Source: Eledone cirrhosa (taxonomy: Eukaryota). Taken from it: a DNA stretch of 64,000 bases. Both the position numbers and the translations under genes were made by a program. The notes under the pieces are model-generated. The model saw only the letters and a list, made by a program, of their open reading frames with translations, did not search any database and had not been told where the DNA came from. The first letter of the stretch is position 1, and every line of letters begins with the position of its first letter. The stretch lies in contig OZ024742.1 of assembly GCA_964016885.1 (NCBI GenBank), forward strand, positions 301,444,001-301,508,000. Reading direction: 5' to 3'. Shown here one piece after another: positions 36,531-50,641 of this stretch.

Positions 36531-39500
36531 CTTTTAGGCCAACCTAACCTTCCTGGTTTGATAAAATAATGCACAAATGAAGTTCTTGGGTTGATTTATA
36601 TTTCTGTAATGCATCAGAGATATAAATAGAATTATAACAGAAGACAAAATAAATATGAAAGTTGTAAACTGTTTCGCTCATTTGACACACAAATATAACA
36701 CATTTCCATTGGTTACACATTTATAACCAGGAGCCATTGCAACAATAATACAGAACACAAAACAATAAACATAGAAAACCTTAGTTGATAACACTAACAA
36801 CCTATACAGTATTCCACAAAAATCTAGAAGAAAATATTAGTTGATAATAAGAGTATCCTATATAGTATTCCACAAAAATCTAGATTAGCTTCTGATGTTT
36901 TCTTCATGATGATGATGATCATCATCATCATCATCATCATCATCTTCATCATCATCCTTTTACATCTGTTTTCCCAAATCTATATCAAAGATAATATATA
37001 TTTCTACTGTATCAGGACATACAAATCTCTATCAAAGATAACACAGTGTTTCATCAGTTGGATTAGTGTTAATATATTTTATACAAGATGATGATGAATA
37101 TTCATGACCTTACTAGAAATAATTATATGAAGAAAAAACAATATCAGTCAATTACTAATATCGATTTCATGTTCACAGCAACTATGGGAAACAACTCTGG
37201 ACTTGTTTAGAGCTCATCAGTGAAGTAGGTTTTTTTTGTAATTACTGAAATAGTTGTAAATGAATGACTAAATAAATGTACCTGGAGCCAGCAGGCCTCA
37301 ACCACGGAGATTGTAAGCATCCCAATAGAATTACCCTTTTCCCATTCGAAGAAGGTAGCAGTGGTTGTCACTGGCCTTGTCCATGGGAATGATTTTGCAG
37401 TCTTGTCCACAGTGCACAGCTCCAATACTGCTATGCCCCAGGCATAGAGCCCATCACCCTTCCCCTTCAATCACCCCATTCTTCTGTGACCCTAGAGCCC
37501 TTGCCTTTCCTTTTCCATTTTCATAACCACAAAAGACACTTGATTTTTTTTTATTATATTGAAATAAACGATGTATATGAAATTACATAATATCAAAGTT
37601 CACATTTTTCCCCCAAACAAATATGCTGACAATATAGATAGCTTGAAATTACAAACACAAATACCATAGCTGCCAAAATTCAACACATACACAGATATAT
37701 CTCTATTACTTAATTACATAAATATTTCACATGAACTAGATTGTACACCAGTTTCTATAGAAAACAAAATTGTTTAGAAAATAAATTATTAAGAGATGTC
37801 ATCCATATGAAAGACAAACTTAAGACATTTTTAACAAGGAACAAACATTAATTCATCATAGCTTTGATGTGGAAACCAGAAAATATTGAAATATATCTAA
37901 ATTTGTTACTCTTTTTGGCTAAAAAATGAAAAAATAATATCAGTCATTAACTGATAAAACCCACCCAGTCCAATCTGTAAAGTGATAGTGCTGGTGTCAT
38001 GAGAAAAACTACCCAGAACACTCTGCAAGATGGTAGTGCAGCAGTCACAATAATATACTCCCAGTACACGTTATAAAGTTCTTGGCGTTAGGAAGGACAT
38101 CCAGCTATAGAAACCAAGTCCAAAACTGAACATATGAGCAAGACATGGTCACCTGACTAGTCTAGCTTCAGAACATAACATCCCTTAAAACCCTTGTAAG
38201 CATGGAAAATAGATGTTAAATGGTGGTGGTGGTGGTGGTGGTGAGGAGGAGGACTACCACCTCCACCACCACAAGGACAATGACTAGAACAATAATAAAG
38301 CCAAGATGGAGCATATATAGTTGTTATTGTATTTACTTAAAACATTATTTTGTTATTTTGTTTGTCAGCTTTTGTTTCTGTTTTTTTTTACTTGTATACA
38401 ACAACAAAGGCAGTGGTAACAACAACAACAACAACAAAATCATGCGGATGACAGATGCCAAAACCTTTCAAGATGATGAAGAGGTTGTTGAATGATAAAT
38501 GACTGATAATTGTATTGTTGATCTTCAACATGAGTCACAGAGTGACATAGAATCCAAGTGAAGGGGGAGCAACAGTCTACAAACCAGAGTTTTTATTGGA
38601 TAGTATCCTAACACCATCGAGACACTCTTAACAACCTGTAATGATTTAAGAAGACCAAAAGTAATGAAAATTGATGAACTGACTGAAACAGGTAATTCAG
38701 ATCAATCAAGAACCATTTGAAGAAGTTGCAAACTTCACCTGCCTGAGCAATATTATTGCAGTAGAAGAAGATACAGAGATGGATGTCAGCTCAAGAATTG
38801 GGTGGGTAGTAGTTGTATTTCAAAGGATGAATAATAATCTGAGTAGTTCCTACTGTACCAGACTATTATCCTGTCAATCACAGTGTGGTCGAAGAGTTAA
38901 GGAGGTCACTTCACAAGCTTTAGGTTCCAGATTCAACCTCAAAGCATAACATCTTGGGCATGTGTCATGGCTTGAAATTGTGTTGACAGAAATTATTTGG
39001 AAGCCTGTCAGATGGAGAGTACTTGTAATTTGAAGGGCCAATTTTTGTCACACTGTGCACACTGAATTTTCCTAAGAATTATATTAAAGGTGTATGTGTC
39101 TGAGGAATACTCAACCACTTACACACCACTTTCATGAGCAGACTGCTCTCTTTATCAACCAACTGAAACACTCATTGTTAGAACCGAGGGAGGTCCAACA
39201 ACATATAGCGAAATCCTGTTAGTATTGGAGCAGATTCCGTCTGCCCAATTTCAAACCATGGGTCAACTCAAGGCTATGGTAAATGACACTTGTCCAAGAT
39301 GCCATGCGGTGGGATTGAACCTGAAGCCTAATGATTGTGAAATGAACACCTTAACTATTCAGCCATACTGTGTCTAGCAACATAATAGTCTGGCACAGCA
39401 GGATCTTCATCTGGGATCCAAGGCCATGCACATTGCCAATCCTCACAGTCCTTTGTTATCTCTGATATGAGATCCAGCTTCTTAAGGTTAGTTTTCCCAT

Positions 39501-41231
39501 ACTTTTCTGGGTCTACCTCTTCCATAGATTTCTCTGCATCTTTGTATACAGATACCATCTTCCATAAGTATCACATCTCCATACCAACGCAGTCTAGCAC
39601 ACTTTTATTAAAATTAGGATGTAATTTTAGGGACATTGGACTGTTATTTCTAACATTATAAGTAACCACGCCAAGGCCACATCGCTGGTTCATTGTTTTT
39701 GTTACTGTCATCAAATATATAAACATCTCACTTGTTGACAAGCAAAGTGGTACTTATTTTTCCAAATGAGAGGTATAGAATTAATGCCAAAAAAAGAGTT
39801 AAAATTCACAGGTATAGCCAACAGAAGCATTGTATATCTGATTGTTTTTGTTATTTTAGTTATACATAACAACACTAAAACTATTAGTTTGGTCTCTTAA
39901 AATACTAAATTTAGCTATGAATATGAACTTTTATTTCACATAATTATGCATAAAAATAATCACAATTTTTATATAAAAATAAGAAAAAGAAGGGATAAGA
40001 GGAGACACTCACACACACTTACATGCTACAAGGGGTGCTGGAGTTTCTCTCTAATAATTTTTTAGGCAAACCAAGACATTCCAAGCATTGCTAGGAATGA
40101 CAGCGTAAATACATTTTTATAACAGAGGCGACATAAGGTTTCAATTGAATTTTACTTATTACTTGGACAATTTTGTTGAAATCAAAAGAATGCATACAAA
40201 AATTCAACTGTCGAGATCTAAATTTAATATGCATTGTAGTAAGAAGGTTTTTATTGCAGTTATCAGCTAACAATAAAACGTTTGTATATAAAGAACCTAC
40301 TTGCAAACACTGTTTGTTAGCAAGTGTATTGTTTGTGTATGTACGCACATTGACAAATAAATATAATGGACAAAAAAGACTTGGTGTTGCATGAGGACAT
40401 TATATTTTCCCCATACTTCCAAAATCACCTTTGAACAATGTGAAAAAAACCTTATTTGAAAAAAGAAACAAACCTACATTCTCTGAATTCCTAAGACCTA
40501 TCATAATTGAACTTATTCCTATGCTTTCTATGTCTACAGAACTATCAAGGCTAACAATACTTGCAGGGTGTGTGGGATATCTTTGGTCATGGGTTTGTCC
40601 TAACAACATTGTCCTGGAGCTAAACAGAAATTATAAAAGCTAGAATTACACCCAAAACATTATCCAGTTAACTAGAAATATAGCTATATAAAATACATTA
40701 AAACAAAATTATTATAATATTGAATTATTTAGCACAACTCATGCTTTGTGGAATAGAGTTACGGCCCTTTACCTCCTGAGTTCAAATCCTGCCAAGGTTA
40801 GCTTTGCCTTTCATCCTTATGGGGACGATAAAATAAAGCACCAGTAATGTGCTGCTAGTCCATTTAATCGACTTTCCCCTCCCCCAAATTGCTGGCCTTG
40901 TGCCTATAGTAGAAATCATTATTCTACATCAGTAACCAAAGCAGATTGATCAGGCTCATAAATATTTGGGATTTCTTGGTCTATTACATTTGTGTGTTGA
41001 CTTGCCTCAAAAATTATTAGAGGGAAACTCCAGAGCCTCTTGCGATGTGTGATTGAGTGTGCGTGTGTCTTCTTCCCCTTTATTCTGTATAAACTGTGTT
41101 TATTTGTATACATTCTGTTGATATAATAGTTTCTCCATTCGTTATGCTGTTCATAATCAGTAGTTAGCTTTTAATGGATAACAGTTCACCAGAAAACTTA
41201 TTTCTAAGCATGGAGAAATGGTTATAAAAAG

Positions 41232-41713
41232 GATGATGATGATGATGATGATGATGGTGATGGTAGTGGTGGTGGTGGTGGAGGTGATGATGATGATGGT
41301 GATGATGTCGGTGATGGTGATGGTAGTGGTGGTGGTGGTGATGATGATGATGGTGATGATGATGGTGATGGTGATGGTAGTGGTGGTGGTGGTGGTGATG
41401 ATGATGATGATGGTGATGATGATGGTGATGGTGATGGTAGTGGTGGTGGTGGTGGTGGTGATGATGATGGTGATGTTTATAATGATGAGGATGATGGTGA
41501 TGATGTCGGTGATGGTGATGGTAGTGGTGGTGGTGGTGATGATGATGATGGTGATGATGATGGTGATGGTGATGGTAGTGGTGGTGGTGGTGGTGGTGGT
41601 GATGATGATGATGATGGTGATGATGATGGTGATGGTGATGGTAGTGGTGGTGGTGGTGATGATGATGATGATGGTGATGTTTATAATGATGAGGATGATG
41701 ATGATGATGATGA
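41232..41713. repeat. Compound (GAT/GGT)n tract, probably an expanded RTE-type tail
   Basis: Preceded by a taagcatggagaaatgg RTE-end-like motif; explains the poly-Met/Val ORF. Confidence 0.85.
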
Positions 41714-42154
41714 ACTGCCTTTGCCTTTCATCCTTATGGGAGTCGATAAAATAAAGTACCAGTTATGTACTGGGTAATTGCTGGCCTTGTGCCAAAAGTA
41801 GAAACAATTATTACTATAGCTTGTAAAGTGTTTAGTCAAAGCGTTCGTAACTACACCAACATTATTATGCCTTAATAAACCAAACTTTCTTCATAAAATA
41901 ACACTGAGAAGCTTCAATTCCATTATTCCTGCTATAAAATAACTTTTCAAATTCTGCATTGGAATGAAGAGTTTGAAAGTTGAAATCGATCAGTATAAGT
42001 GGCTGAGCATTCCACAGACACATGTACCCTTAACATAATTCTCAAGGAGATTCAGTGTGACAAGCTGTATGACAAAGCTGGCCCTTTGAATTACAAGTAC
42101 AGTCCTTCTGATGGGCTTCCAAACAGTTTCTGTCTACCCAATTTCCCCTGACAA

Positions 42155-42796
42155 TGTAGCAAAATCTGTCCACACCTTGACCCCCGGGTGACATTTAACA
42201 GTCATTTTCTGGGTTATCTCCTTTCAGGCGTAAACAAGTCTGAGAGTGGACGACCAGGGGGAAGAGGAAGCGACAGATATAAATAGCCTGTCTTAGATCA
42301 AGAGAAAAGCAGTTCTTGATAGAGTAAACATGTAAAACATTTGCTTTCTACAGACCTCTTGGGGTCTTACAGTCTCTTACTTTCTCCTTTTCACCCAATC
42401 TCTATCTCTTGGTCTCTTTTTTAACCAAGCCAGTGAAGTTCATGAAGTTTTCTTGGTAAATACAATTTAATTCTACTTTTACAAACAAATAACATACATA
42501 ATTCCTGTGTATTTTTAGTATAGCTCTGATGTGAGTTATTTTCAATAAATTAATAATATAGCAGTTTGGTGTCATCGTGGTTCATTTATATATATTCATT
42601 TTCTGCATGATCAAACGTGATAATATCATCTTATTGAAAACTTACACATTTAACTGCGCACATGCAACCTCTGGTTACACTGTATCACACAACAGTGAGA
42701 GCACAACAGTAAGCTACAAGTGAGCACGCACGCAACAAACAAATCAACACCTCAATACAATCAGCTACCAACTCGACCAAACAAATAATCGTTATA
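42155..42796 (+). mobile_element. Solo LTR (Gypsy-like) inserted in a SINE
   Basis: TGTAGC...GTTATA ends; 4-bp TSD acaa at 42151-42154 and 42797-42800; TATAAATA at 42278; AATAAA at 42544. Confidence 0.65.
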
Positions 42797-43509
42797 ACAA
42801 GACATGGATCAACATGAGACTATAGTAAGTGACACTTGCCTAAGATACAGTGGGATTGAACTAGGACCCTAATGACTATTCTTGGATTTCGAATAATCAT
42901 CCGCCCTTCTCTTAGCTTATTAATTTTTCATATATTTTCGAACCCCTCCACTTTTATTCCAGCCTCCTGCTTATTAAATTTTGTTAATCTATCTCCAGTG
43001 AAATTTTATTTTAAGTGGTAGCATTCCTGTGACAATTAATTTTGTTTATATATTGAAAAATATTATACATGACAAAAAAAGTGCATTACTAGAAATCCCA
43101 TACATTATAAAATAAATAGGATGGGTTGGAGTCTCAATATGTAAACCAGTCATGGGCAACTTGCGGCCTGCGAAGCTTTCGGAATGGCTCTCCTAAGTTA
43201 CCTAAGTGAAATCTTTCTGATTTTTTTATCCCAACTTTTCAGTCGTAATTTATCTTTCTATCATTTTTACGATCGAGGAAAACAATGTGTACAAATTCTG
43301 AAGAAACAAATCTGCTAAAATGTATCATTAAAGTTGATTTCAATTCGTTCCAGCCATCCATCCATACTAATCTTCGAAGGTATTTTAGTCTATATATTGT
43401 TGTTAATATTAATGCTGTTTTCCTGCTGTATTATCGATAAATTTTCGAAGGTTTCTTAGTAGTTTTCATGACGTTATTATTGTTAATTTTACTGGTGTAT
43501 TAACTTGGA

Positions 43510-46500
43510 TATTTACCATGCGGTCTTCTAATTCTATTGTATCTCTCTCGGTTATTTACCATGCGACCCTCAGTGCCTACCTCACAATTTCTCTCCCACC
43601 CACGCCCACACACCACCATAGCCTATTCGACCAATCAAACCTCAGCATGCCATTTCCACTGCTGCTACTACCTACCTAACTAACTCTCTCCTCCTCTGGC
43701 GCAGCCCAACACACCCTGCCATTACCCCACCACCACTGTTCTTCTAGCCCTCAATTTTCCCACCGTTATGGATGGATGAGCTGAGAATACATTTGAGCAA
43801 CTCTGAATCAATAGATGAAATATGAATCTGCGAGCTACCAAGCACCCACATGAAGCGCCAACCCAGAGACCCTCCCCTACGAGTGTCGACAAATGCCCAA
43901 AACTCCGAGTTGGTATCATCAATGTAGGCTCAATGAAAGGAAGAGCAGGAGAAATCGTAGAAATGCTAGAGCGAAAGGAAGTTGATGTATGCTGTGTGCA
44001 AGAGACTAGATGGAGAGGAGAGTCTGCTAGAGTCCTTGTAGGAAAAAGCCAGTGCTACAAATTTTTCTGGGTGGGAAATGACGATGGGATGGGTGGTGTA
44101 GGTATACTATTAGCTGACAAGTGGGTAGATAAAGTAATCTCAGTGTACAGGGTAAATGCAAGAATCATTAAACTCAGACTAGTCCTGAATAAGACAATTA
44201 CCACAATAATATCAGCTTACGCACCCCAATCGGGGCTGCCAGACGAACTTAAGGATAGGTTTTACGAGTCCCTAATACACACTCTAACAGACGACAAGGA
44301 CTTCCTAATCATCGCAGGAGATTTTAACGGACACGTAGGTAAACACTGCGACGGCTTCAATAGAGTACATGGAAGCCATGGAGTTGGCACAAGGAATGAG
44401 GAAGGATTCAGACTTCTAGAATTCTGCGACGCCAATGACATGTCGATATGTAACACAAACTTTAAAAAACCCGACAACCACCTGATCACCTATAGATCAG
44501 GGGAGCACTCTAGTCAGTTAGATTTTATCCTCATCAGAGGACGTGACAGATGGACGGTCGTAAACACAAAAGCCTTCCCTAGTGAGGAATGTACATCCCA
44601 ACATAGCTTAGTTGTCAGCGACCTCACGGTCAGAACTAGACGAGCCCTGAAACAGAGGCCAACCTGGAGAAGAAAGATCTGGAAGCTGAAAGTCCCCTCA
44701 ACCAGTAACAGATTTAAAGATATTTTACTCAACGCCTACGACAGTAAAGAAGAACAGATAGAGACATTTAACGTAGAAGAGAACTGGGAGTTCCTAAAAA
44801 ATAATTTACTAGAGGCAACGGATGAGGTCTGTGGCTGGAGTAAGACCTCAAGCAGGAGGAGAGTGACTTGGTGGTGGAACAATAAGGTAGATGAAGCAGT
44901 TAAGGCCAAGAGACAGGCATGGAAAGAATGGAAGAACGGGGGGAGCAGGGTACATTACATAGAGACCAAGAGGGAAGCTAGGCGACAAGTATACTTAGCT
45001 AGGAGGGAAGCAGAGGATAGAAAATTCAAGCATGTTTTACAACGTGGGACCAGAAACAGGAGGTATTCAAGATTGCGAGGCAGTGTCAGAGATAGTTGTG
45101 ATGTCATTGGAGAGAAGTGTATCCGGAATGATAAAGGTGAGCTTGCCCTCACAAGTGCTGAGAAGAAAGATGCATGGAAGAGTCATTATGATAGATTACT
45201 AAATGAGGAGAATGCATGGGAAGAAGAGACCCTACCCCAAGTAGACCCTAGCAGCAGCGTAGTAAGTAAGGCAATCAAAGATATGAAGATGGGGAAGGCA
45301 ACCGATCCATCGGGTATAGCTGCCGAGATGCTGAAGGCATCTGGGTCTGTAGGTCACACTATAACCACATGTATCGTTAACCAGGTAATACTAGAAGGGG
45401 CCATACCAAAAGATTGGTGCAGTAGCATCATTGTCAACTGCTACAAAGGTAAAGGCGATGCACTAGATAGAGGAAACTATAGAGGTATAAAGTTGATGGA
45501 CCAGGTCATGAAAGTAACAGAAAGAGTTATAGCACAGCTGATTAGGGACCGGGTGAATATAGACGAGATGCAATTTGGGTTTGTACCAGGAAGAGGCACC
45601 ACTGATGCCCTCTTCCTTGTGAGGCAATTACAGGAAAAGTACCTAGCTAAAAGTAAGCCACTCTACTTGGCATTTGTCGACCTTGAGAAAGCCTTTGACA
45701 GAGTTCCACGTGCTGTAATCTGGTGGGCTCTTAGAAAACTAGGAGTAGATGAATGGCTTGTGAAAGCGGTACAAGCCATGTATAGGGGAGCAGTCAGCAA
45801 AGTTAGGATTAGCAATGAGTATAGCGAGGAATTTAGCGTACAGGTTGGGGTCCACCAGGGCTCTGTTCTTAGCCCTCTCCTGTTCATCATAGTCCTGCAG
45901 GCAATAACGGAGGAGTTTAAGACCGGATGCCCATGGGAACTCCTGTATGCTGATGACCTCGCACTCATAGCTGAATCTATGGTAGAACTAGAGAATAAAT
46001 TCCAAACCTGGAAGCAGGGACTAGAGAGAAAGGGTCTCAAAGTCAACATGTCAAAGACTAAGGTCCTTGTAAGTAGACGAGAAAACAGAACCCAGATCCC
46101 CTCAGGGAAATGGCCTTGCTCAGTATGTAGGAAAGGTGTAGGTAGGAACTCCATTCTCTGCCCCAAATGCAAACAATGGGTACACAAGAGATGTAGCGGG
46201 ATCTCAGGAAGCTTAATTAAGAATGTAGGATTCACATGCAGCAGCTGTGCTGAAACAGCAAGCAGCAAACAGCCACAGGAAACAAGTACCACCAATCTCT
46301 GGGAGGGCCCTGTAGAAACAGTAGACAGCTTCTGCTACCTAGGTGACCGAATTAGCAACGGAGGTGGGTGTTCAGAAAGTACAATAACTAGGGTAAGAAC
46401 GGGATGGAAGAAGTTTAGGGAACTACTACCACTGCTAGCTGCAAAAGGCTTCTCCCTCAGAATGAAAGGCAGACTGTATGATGCGTGTATCCGAACAGCG

Positions 46501-47212
46501 ATGTTGCATGGTAGTGAGACCTGGGCGCTGAAGGTGGAAGACTTACGTAGATTAGAGAGAAACGAAGCCTGCATGCTCCAATGGATGTGTAACAGTAATA
46601 TACGTGAACGACAAAGCATAAATGAATTGAGAGAGAGACTGAGCATAAGAGGAATCAAATGCTGTGTGCAGGAGAGGCAGTTGCGCTGGTATGGACATGT
46701 GATGCGTATGAAGGATGACAGCTGCATAAAAAGGTGCAGAGCACTAGAAGTTGATGGAAACCGCGGAGTGGGGAGACCCAAGATGACCTGGGATGAGGTG
46801 ATAAAAGCCGACCTTACCCAATTACACCTCTCAAAGACAATGACACACGACCGTGACTTCTGGCGTCACGCAGTAATACAGTACCCGACCTCCCATGGGT
46901 ACATGCTGAAGCATATAAACAATATGCCCCCACACCCCCCACCGCAAGGTGGTCGTGGAGGTGCCACGGCAAAAAAGCACCCAGCCCACACTGTAAAGTG
47001 GACGTGTAGGCGCCACGAAAAAGCACCCAGCACTCACTGTAAATGAGGTTGGTGTTAGGAAGGGCATCCAGCTGTAGAAATCAAGCCAGATCAGTTCCTG
47101 TATGAGCAAGGCATGGTCATCCGACCAGACACTGCACACAACAGGACAACCCGTCTAACCCATGCTAGCGTGGAAGAACGGACGTAAAACGGTGATGATG
47201 ATGATGATGATA
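43510..47212 (+). mobile_element. Near full-length RTE-clade LINE
   Basis: Single long ORF, 3' UTR and (GAT)n tail; the 5' boundary is approximate. Confidence 0.93.
43822..47046 (+). CDS. RTE polyprotein: APE endonuclease, RT, PHD-type finger (locally damaged)
   Basis: INVGSM, CVQETRW, AYAPQ, AGDFNGH, QLDF, DLEKAFD, HQGSVLSP, YADD, CSVC-CPKC-HKRC-CSSC. Confidence 0.92.
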   Translation: MNLRATKHPHEAPTQRPSPTSVDKCPKLRVGIINVGSMKGRAGEIVEMLERKEVDVCCVQETRWRGESARVLVGKSQCYKFFWVGNDDGMGGVGILLADKWVDKVISVYRVNARIIKLRLVLNKTITTIISAYAPQSGLPDELKDRFYESLIHTLTDDKDFLIIAGDFNGHVGKHCDGFNRVHGSHGVGTRNEEGFRLLEFCDANDMSICNTNFKKPDNHLITYRSGEHSSQLDFILIRGRDRWTVVNTKAFPSEECTSQHSLVVSDLTVRTRRALKQRPTWRRKIWKLKVPSTSNRFKDILLNAYDSKEEQIETFNVEENWEFLKNNLLEATDEVCGWSKTSSRRRVTWWWNNKVDEAVKAKRQAWKEWKNGGSRVHYIETKREARRQVYLARREAEDRKFKHVLQRGTRNRRYSRLRGSVRDSCDVIGEKCIRNDKGELALTSAEKKDAWKSHYDRLLNEENAWEEETLPQVDPSSSVVSKAIKDMKMGKATDPSGIAAEMLKASGSVGHTITTCIVNQVILEGAIPKDWCSSIIVNCYKGKGDALDRGNYRGIKLMDQVMKVTERVIAQLIRDRVNIDEMQFGFVPGRGTTDALFLVRQLQEKYLAKSKPLYLAFVDLEKAFDRVPRAVIWWALRKLGVDEWLVKAVQAMYRGAVSKVRISNEYSEEFSVQVGVHQGSVLSPLLFIIVLQAITEEFKTGCPWELLYADDLALIAESMVELENKFQTWKQGLERKGLKVNMSKTKVLVSRRENRTQIPSGKWPCSVCRKGVGRNSILCPKCKQWVHKRCSGISGSLIKNVGFTCSSCAETASSKQPQETSTTNLWEGPVETVDSFCYLGDRISNGGGCSESTITRVRTGWKKFRELLPLLAAKGFSLRMKGRLYDACIRTAMLHGSETWALKVEDLRRLERNEACMLQWMCNSNIRERQSINELRERLSIRGIKCCVQERQLRWYGHVMRMKDDSCIKRCRALEVDGNRGVGRPKMTWDEVIKADLTQLHLSKTMTHDRDFWRHAVIQYPTSHGYMLKHINNMPPHPPPQGGRGGATAKKHPAHTVKWTCRRHEKAPSTHCK

Positions 47213-48402
47213 AATGCGTGTTTGTGTTTATGTTAGTGTCAGGGTTCCATAACATATCAGTTTGGCAAAAAAAAAAGAAAAAAAAGAACAATAAAATAAG
47301 TATTAATTTAGAAGAAAATAAGTACTGGGGTTGATGTGATCAATTAAATCAAGCTAGTGCTTCAGCATGGCCATAATGTTATTATTGAAACAAAGTAAAA
47401 GAATAAAAGAATAGATATAAAAAAAACTTACCAATTTGACATTCTTTTCAAATAAAAGTAGTTGGTGTTTCCTTTTTGAATTATCACAGTTGTCTAAAAT
47501 TAGACCTAGAGATACTTTCTTAATGAAATTTATGCTTTCCTGTGTATTTTGCTCAATATTTTTTTAATTAGTTTTTTTTTGTTTTTTTTTTCTTTTATAG
47601 TTTCATTTCTCTTCTCGTATATGATGTTGTTTTATTGTCTTTTTTATCTCGTCAATAAATCACCTATATTAGAGAATGCTGGGATTCATTGTTGTAAGAA
47701 TTCCAGTAAGCATCACAACATCAAGATGTAGAGATAAACAAAACTTTTACTTTGTCTCCTAATTTGAATGGAAACAAAACTTTGTATATAAAATGTTATA
47801 ATTGGTTCCAAAATCTAAACGAATTCCAGAGTATTCTTGCTACAATAATATTGGTTATTTATTCATACAGATTATAGAATGAATCCAATCAGAATGTTGA
47901 TTGGCTACAAAACAGTCTTCATGAAGAAATGCCATTAAATTTTTCTGGCTGAATAGTTTCCAATATATATACATATCTATAATGTAAATCCAGAGAGAGA
48001 GCCATACACCTTGATATTTATAAAGTCTCTTAAGTTTCTGTTTCTTATTTTAGTTGATATTGTTCCTGGGGGGGAAATTATTTTAAAATTAGTTTTCGTC
48101 TTGCTGTTGTTGTTGCTGTTCCTGTTGGTGATAATAACTGTGAATATATCTGTTGCTTGTGTTACTTTTATAGTAGCAACAGTGTTGGAGGTGGCAGTGG
48201 TGGTAGGTGTGTGTTAATATAGTTATTGTTAAGTGTGAAGAGCAACAAGACACTTGGAATTTAAATTATCGTTTTGTATTGTGCCAGATCTGTTGCTGGA
48301 CAACTCAACAGACTGCCTTGAATATTCCGATAGGTCGAAAATCAATATTTTCTGCAAATAAAATTGATATCTTCATAATAATAATAATAATAATAATGAT
48401 AA

Positions 48403-48731
48403 TAATTGTTTCTACTTTTGGCACAAGGCCAGCAATTATCCTGTATTACTGGTACTTTATTTTATCGACCCTGTAAGGATGAAAGGCAAAGGGCGGGATT
48501 TGAACTCAGATCATAAAGGGCCGTAACTCTAAGCTGCAAAGCATAGCGTCCGATCCTCTACCGATACTGCCAATCCACCGCCTAATAATGATAATAATGA
48601 TAATAATTGTTTCTACTTTAGGCACAAGGCCAGCAATTACCCAGTGCATTATTGGTACTTTATTTTATCGACCCCGTAAGGATGAAAGGCAAAGTCAACC
48701 TCAGCGGGATTTGAACTCAGATCGTAAAGGG
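48403..48731 (-). mobile_element. Two tandem SINE S1 copies (48403-48583 and 48604-48731)
   Basis: Reverse complements of the 58682 family with (AAT)n tails. Confidence 0.85.
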
Positions 48732-49065
48732 AAATAATGATATTGAGAAAGTCACAGAATGTGTGACAAAAGAGCTTTGACAATTCAATAACCATCTGGT
48801 TACAAATCTAGCATAGTAATAGGTTAGTTAGCCAAACAATAATAAAACCAAAGTGAAATTTAACTGGTGCTTGTGCTTTTGTTGGCAACATCACTCACTC
48901 ATGTGTGTGAATAATAATAATACTGAAATGAAGTCACCAGATATAACCGAAAAATTATCCATGCAAGCATGGAAATAAATGGAAAATCGATGATGATGAT
49001 GATAATATATATATGTGTATGTGTGTGTGTGTGTGTATATATATATATGTGTGTGTGTGTATATT

Positions 49066-49101
<36 letters not shown>

Positions 49102-49119
49102 AATGTATATATATATATG

Positions 49120-49232
<113 letters not shown>

Positions 49233-49258
49233 GTATATATATATATATATATATACAC

Positions 49259-49291
<33 letters not shown>

Positions 49292-49689
49292 TAGAAAGAA
49301 TGAGAGAGAGAGGGGTAAAAATGAAATGAAAGCAGCACTGAAGTATATTAAATAAAGAGTTGAAGAAGTTCTGTTGATATTTTGTGTTGGAATGTTGAAT
49401 ATATAAGGAGTTGTAATAGGGCTTAACCTGCTATCTCCTTCGCATGACTTCTGTCTCCAAAAGTAATTCCCTGCTTCCCTTGTGGATGTTGTGAAGAATT
49501 TTATGTTACCTTTGTCGATGTCTATAAATGGGGATTGATCCAATCTTTGAAAGATCGTGCAGAGCACGTGCCTGAGTATTGCTCTCTCTTCTTCAAAAGA
49601 CCAACCAACACTAATACTTATGCCATGAATTGTCAGCACCTTCCCATCACATAAACATTGACTATATGTCTGTGTATGTGTCTTTTCTG

Positions 49690-50260
49690 TGTGTAATAGA
49701 ACTATACATATACATACCTACATACATATATATATAAATGTGTGTGTGTATGTGGTGTGTGATAGAACTATACATATACATACCTACATACATATATATA
49801 TATATAAATGTGTGTGTGTATGTGGTGTGTGAATGTGTGTGATAGAACTATACATATACATACCTACATACATATATATATAAATGTGTGTGTGTATGTG
49901 GTGTGTGATAGAACTATACATATACATACCTACATACATATATATATATAAATGTGTGTGTGTATGTGGTGTGTGAATGTGTGTGATAGAACTATACATA
50001 TACATACCTACATACATATATATATAAATGTGTGTGTGTATGTGGTGTGTGATAGAACTATACATATACATACCTACATACATATATATATATAAATGTG
50101 TGTGTGTATGTGGTGTGTGAATGTGTGTGATAGAACTATACATATACATACCTACATACATATATATATAAATGTGTGTGTGTATGTGGTGTGTGAATGT
50201 GTGTGATAGAACTATACATATACATACCTACATACATATATATATATAAATGTGTGTGTA
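49690..50260. repeat. Minisatellite of ~66-80-bp microsatellite-derived units
   Basis: gatagaactatacatatacatacctacatac...tgtggtgtgt repeated about 8 times. Confidence 0.9.
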
Positions 50261-50601
50261 TGTGTATGTGTGTGAATGTGTGTACATACCTTCATACATA
50301 TATATAAATGTGTGTTTATGTGTGTGAATGTGTGCGTATGTGGTGTGAATGAATATGTGTAATTGAATAATACATATACATACCTACACAGATATATATA
50401 TAAATGTGTGTATATCTATATGTGTATGTGTGTGTGTGTATGTGTGTGCGTGTGTATGTGTGTGGGTTTCAATGCGAAGGGTGCATTGTTTGTAAATTAT
50501 TACGTTTAATGCTAACAAGGCTACTACTTAGAAATCTTGTCAAACTAGATTCCCAAATTTGCTTAGAAAAGAAGATTACACACACACACACACACAGACA
50601 C

Positions 50602-50641
<40 letters not shown>

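Noticed and set aside
41218-41754. 178-aa Met/Val ORF
   Set aside because: Trinucleotide repeat
45663-46781. Long antisense ORFs in the RTE copies
   Set aside because: Shadow frames of the coding strand, shared only because the copies are nearly identical
47432-48352. Splice-site-bounded minus-strand segment
   Set aside because: Good donor and acceptor but no continuous frame; it cannot be called an exon without RNA data
49330-49660. Protein-like minus-strand frame ([18 protein letters not shown]...)
   Set aside because: No recognisable domain, weak acceptor, and the frame runs into microsatellite
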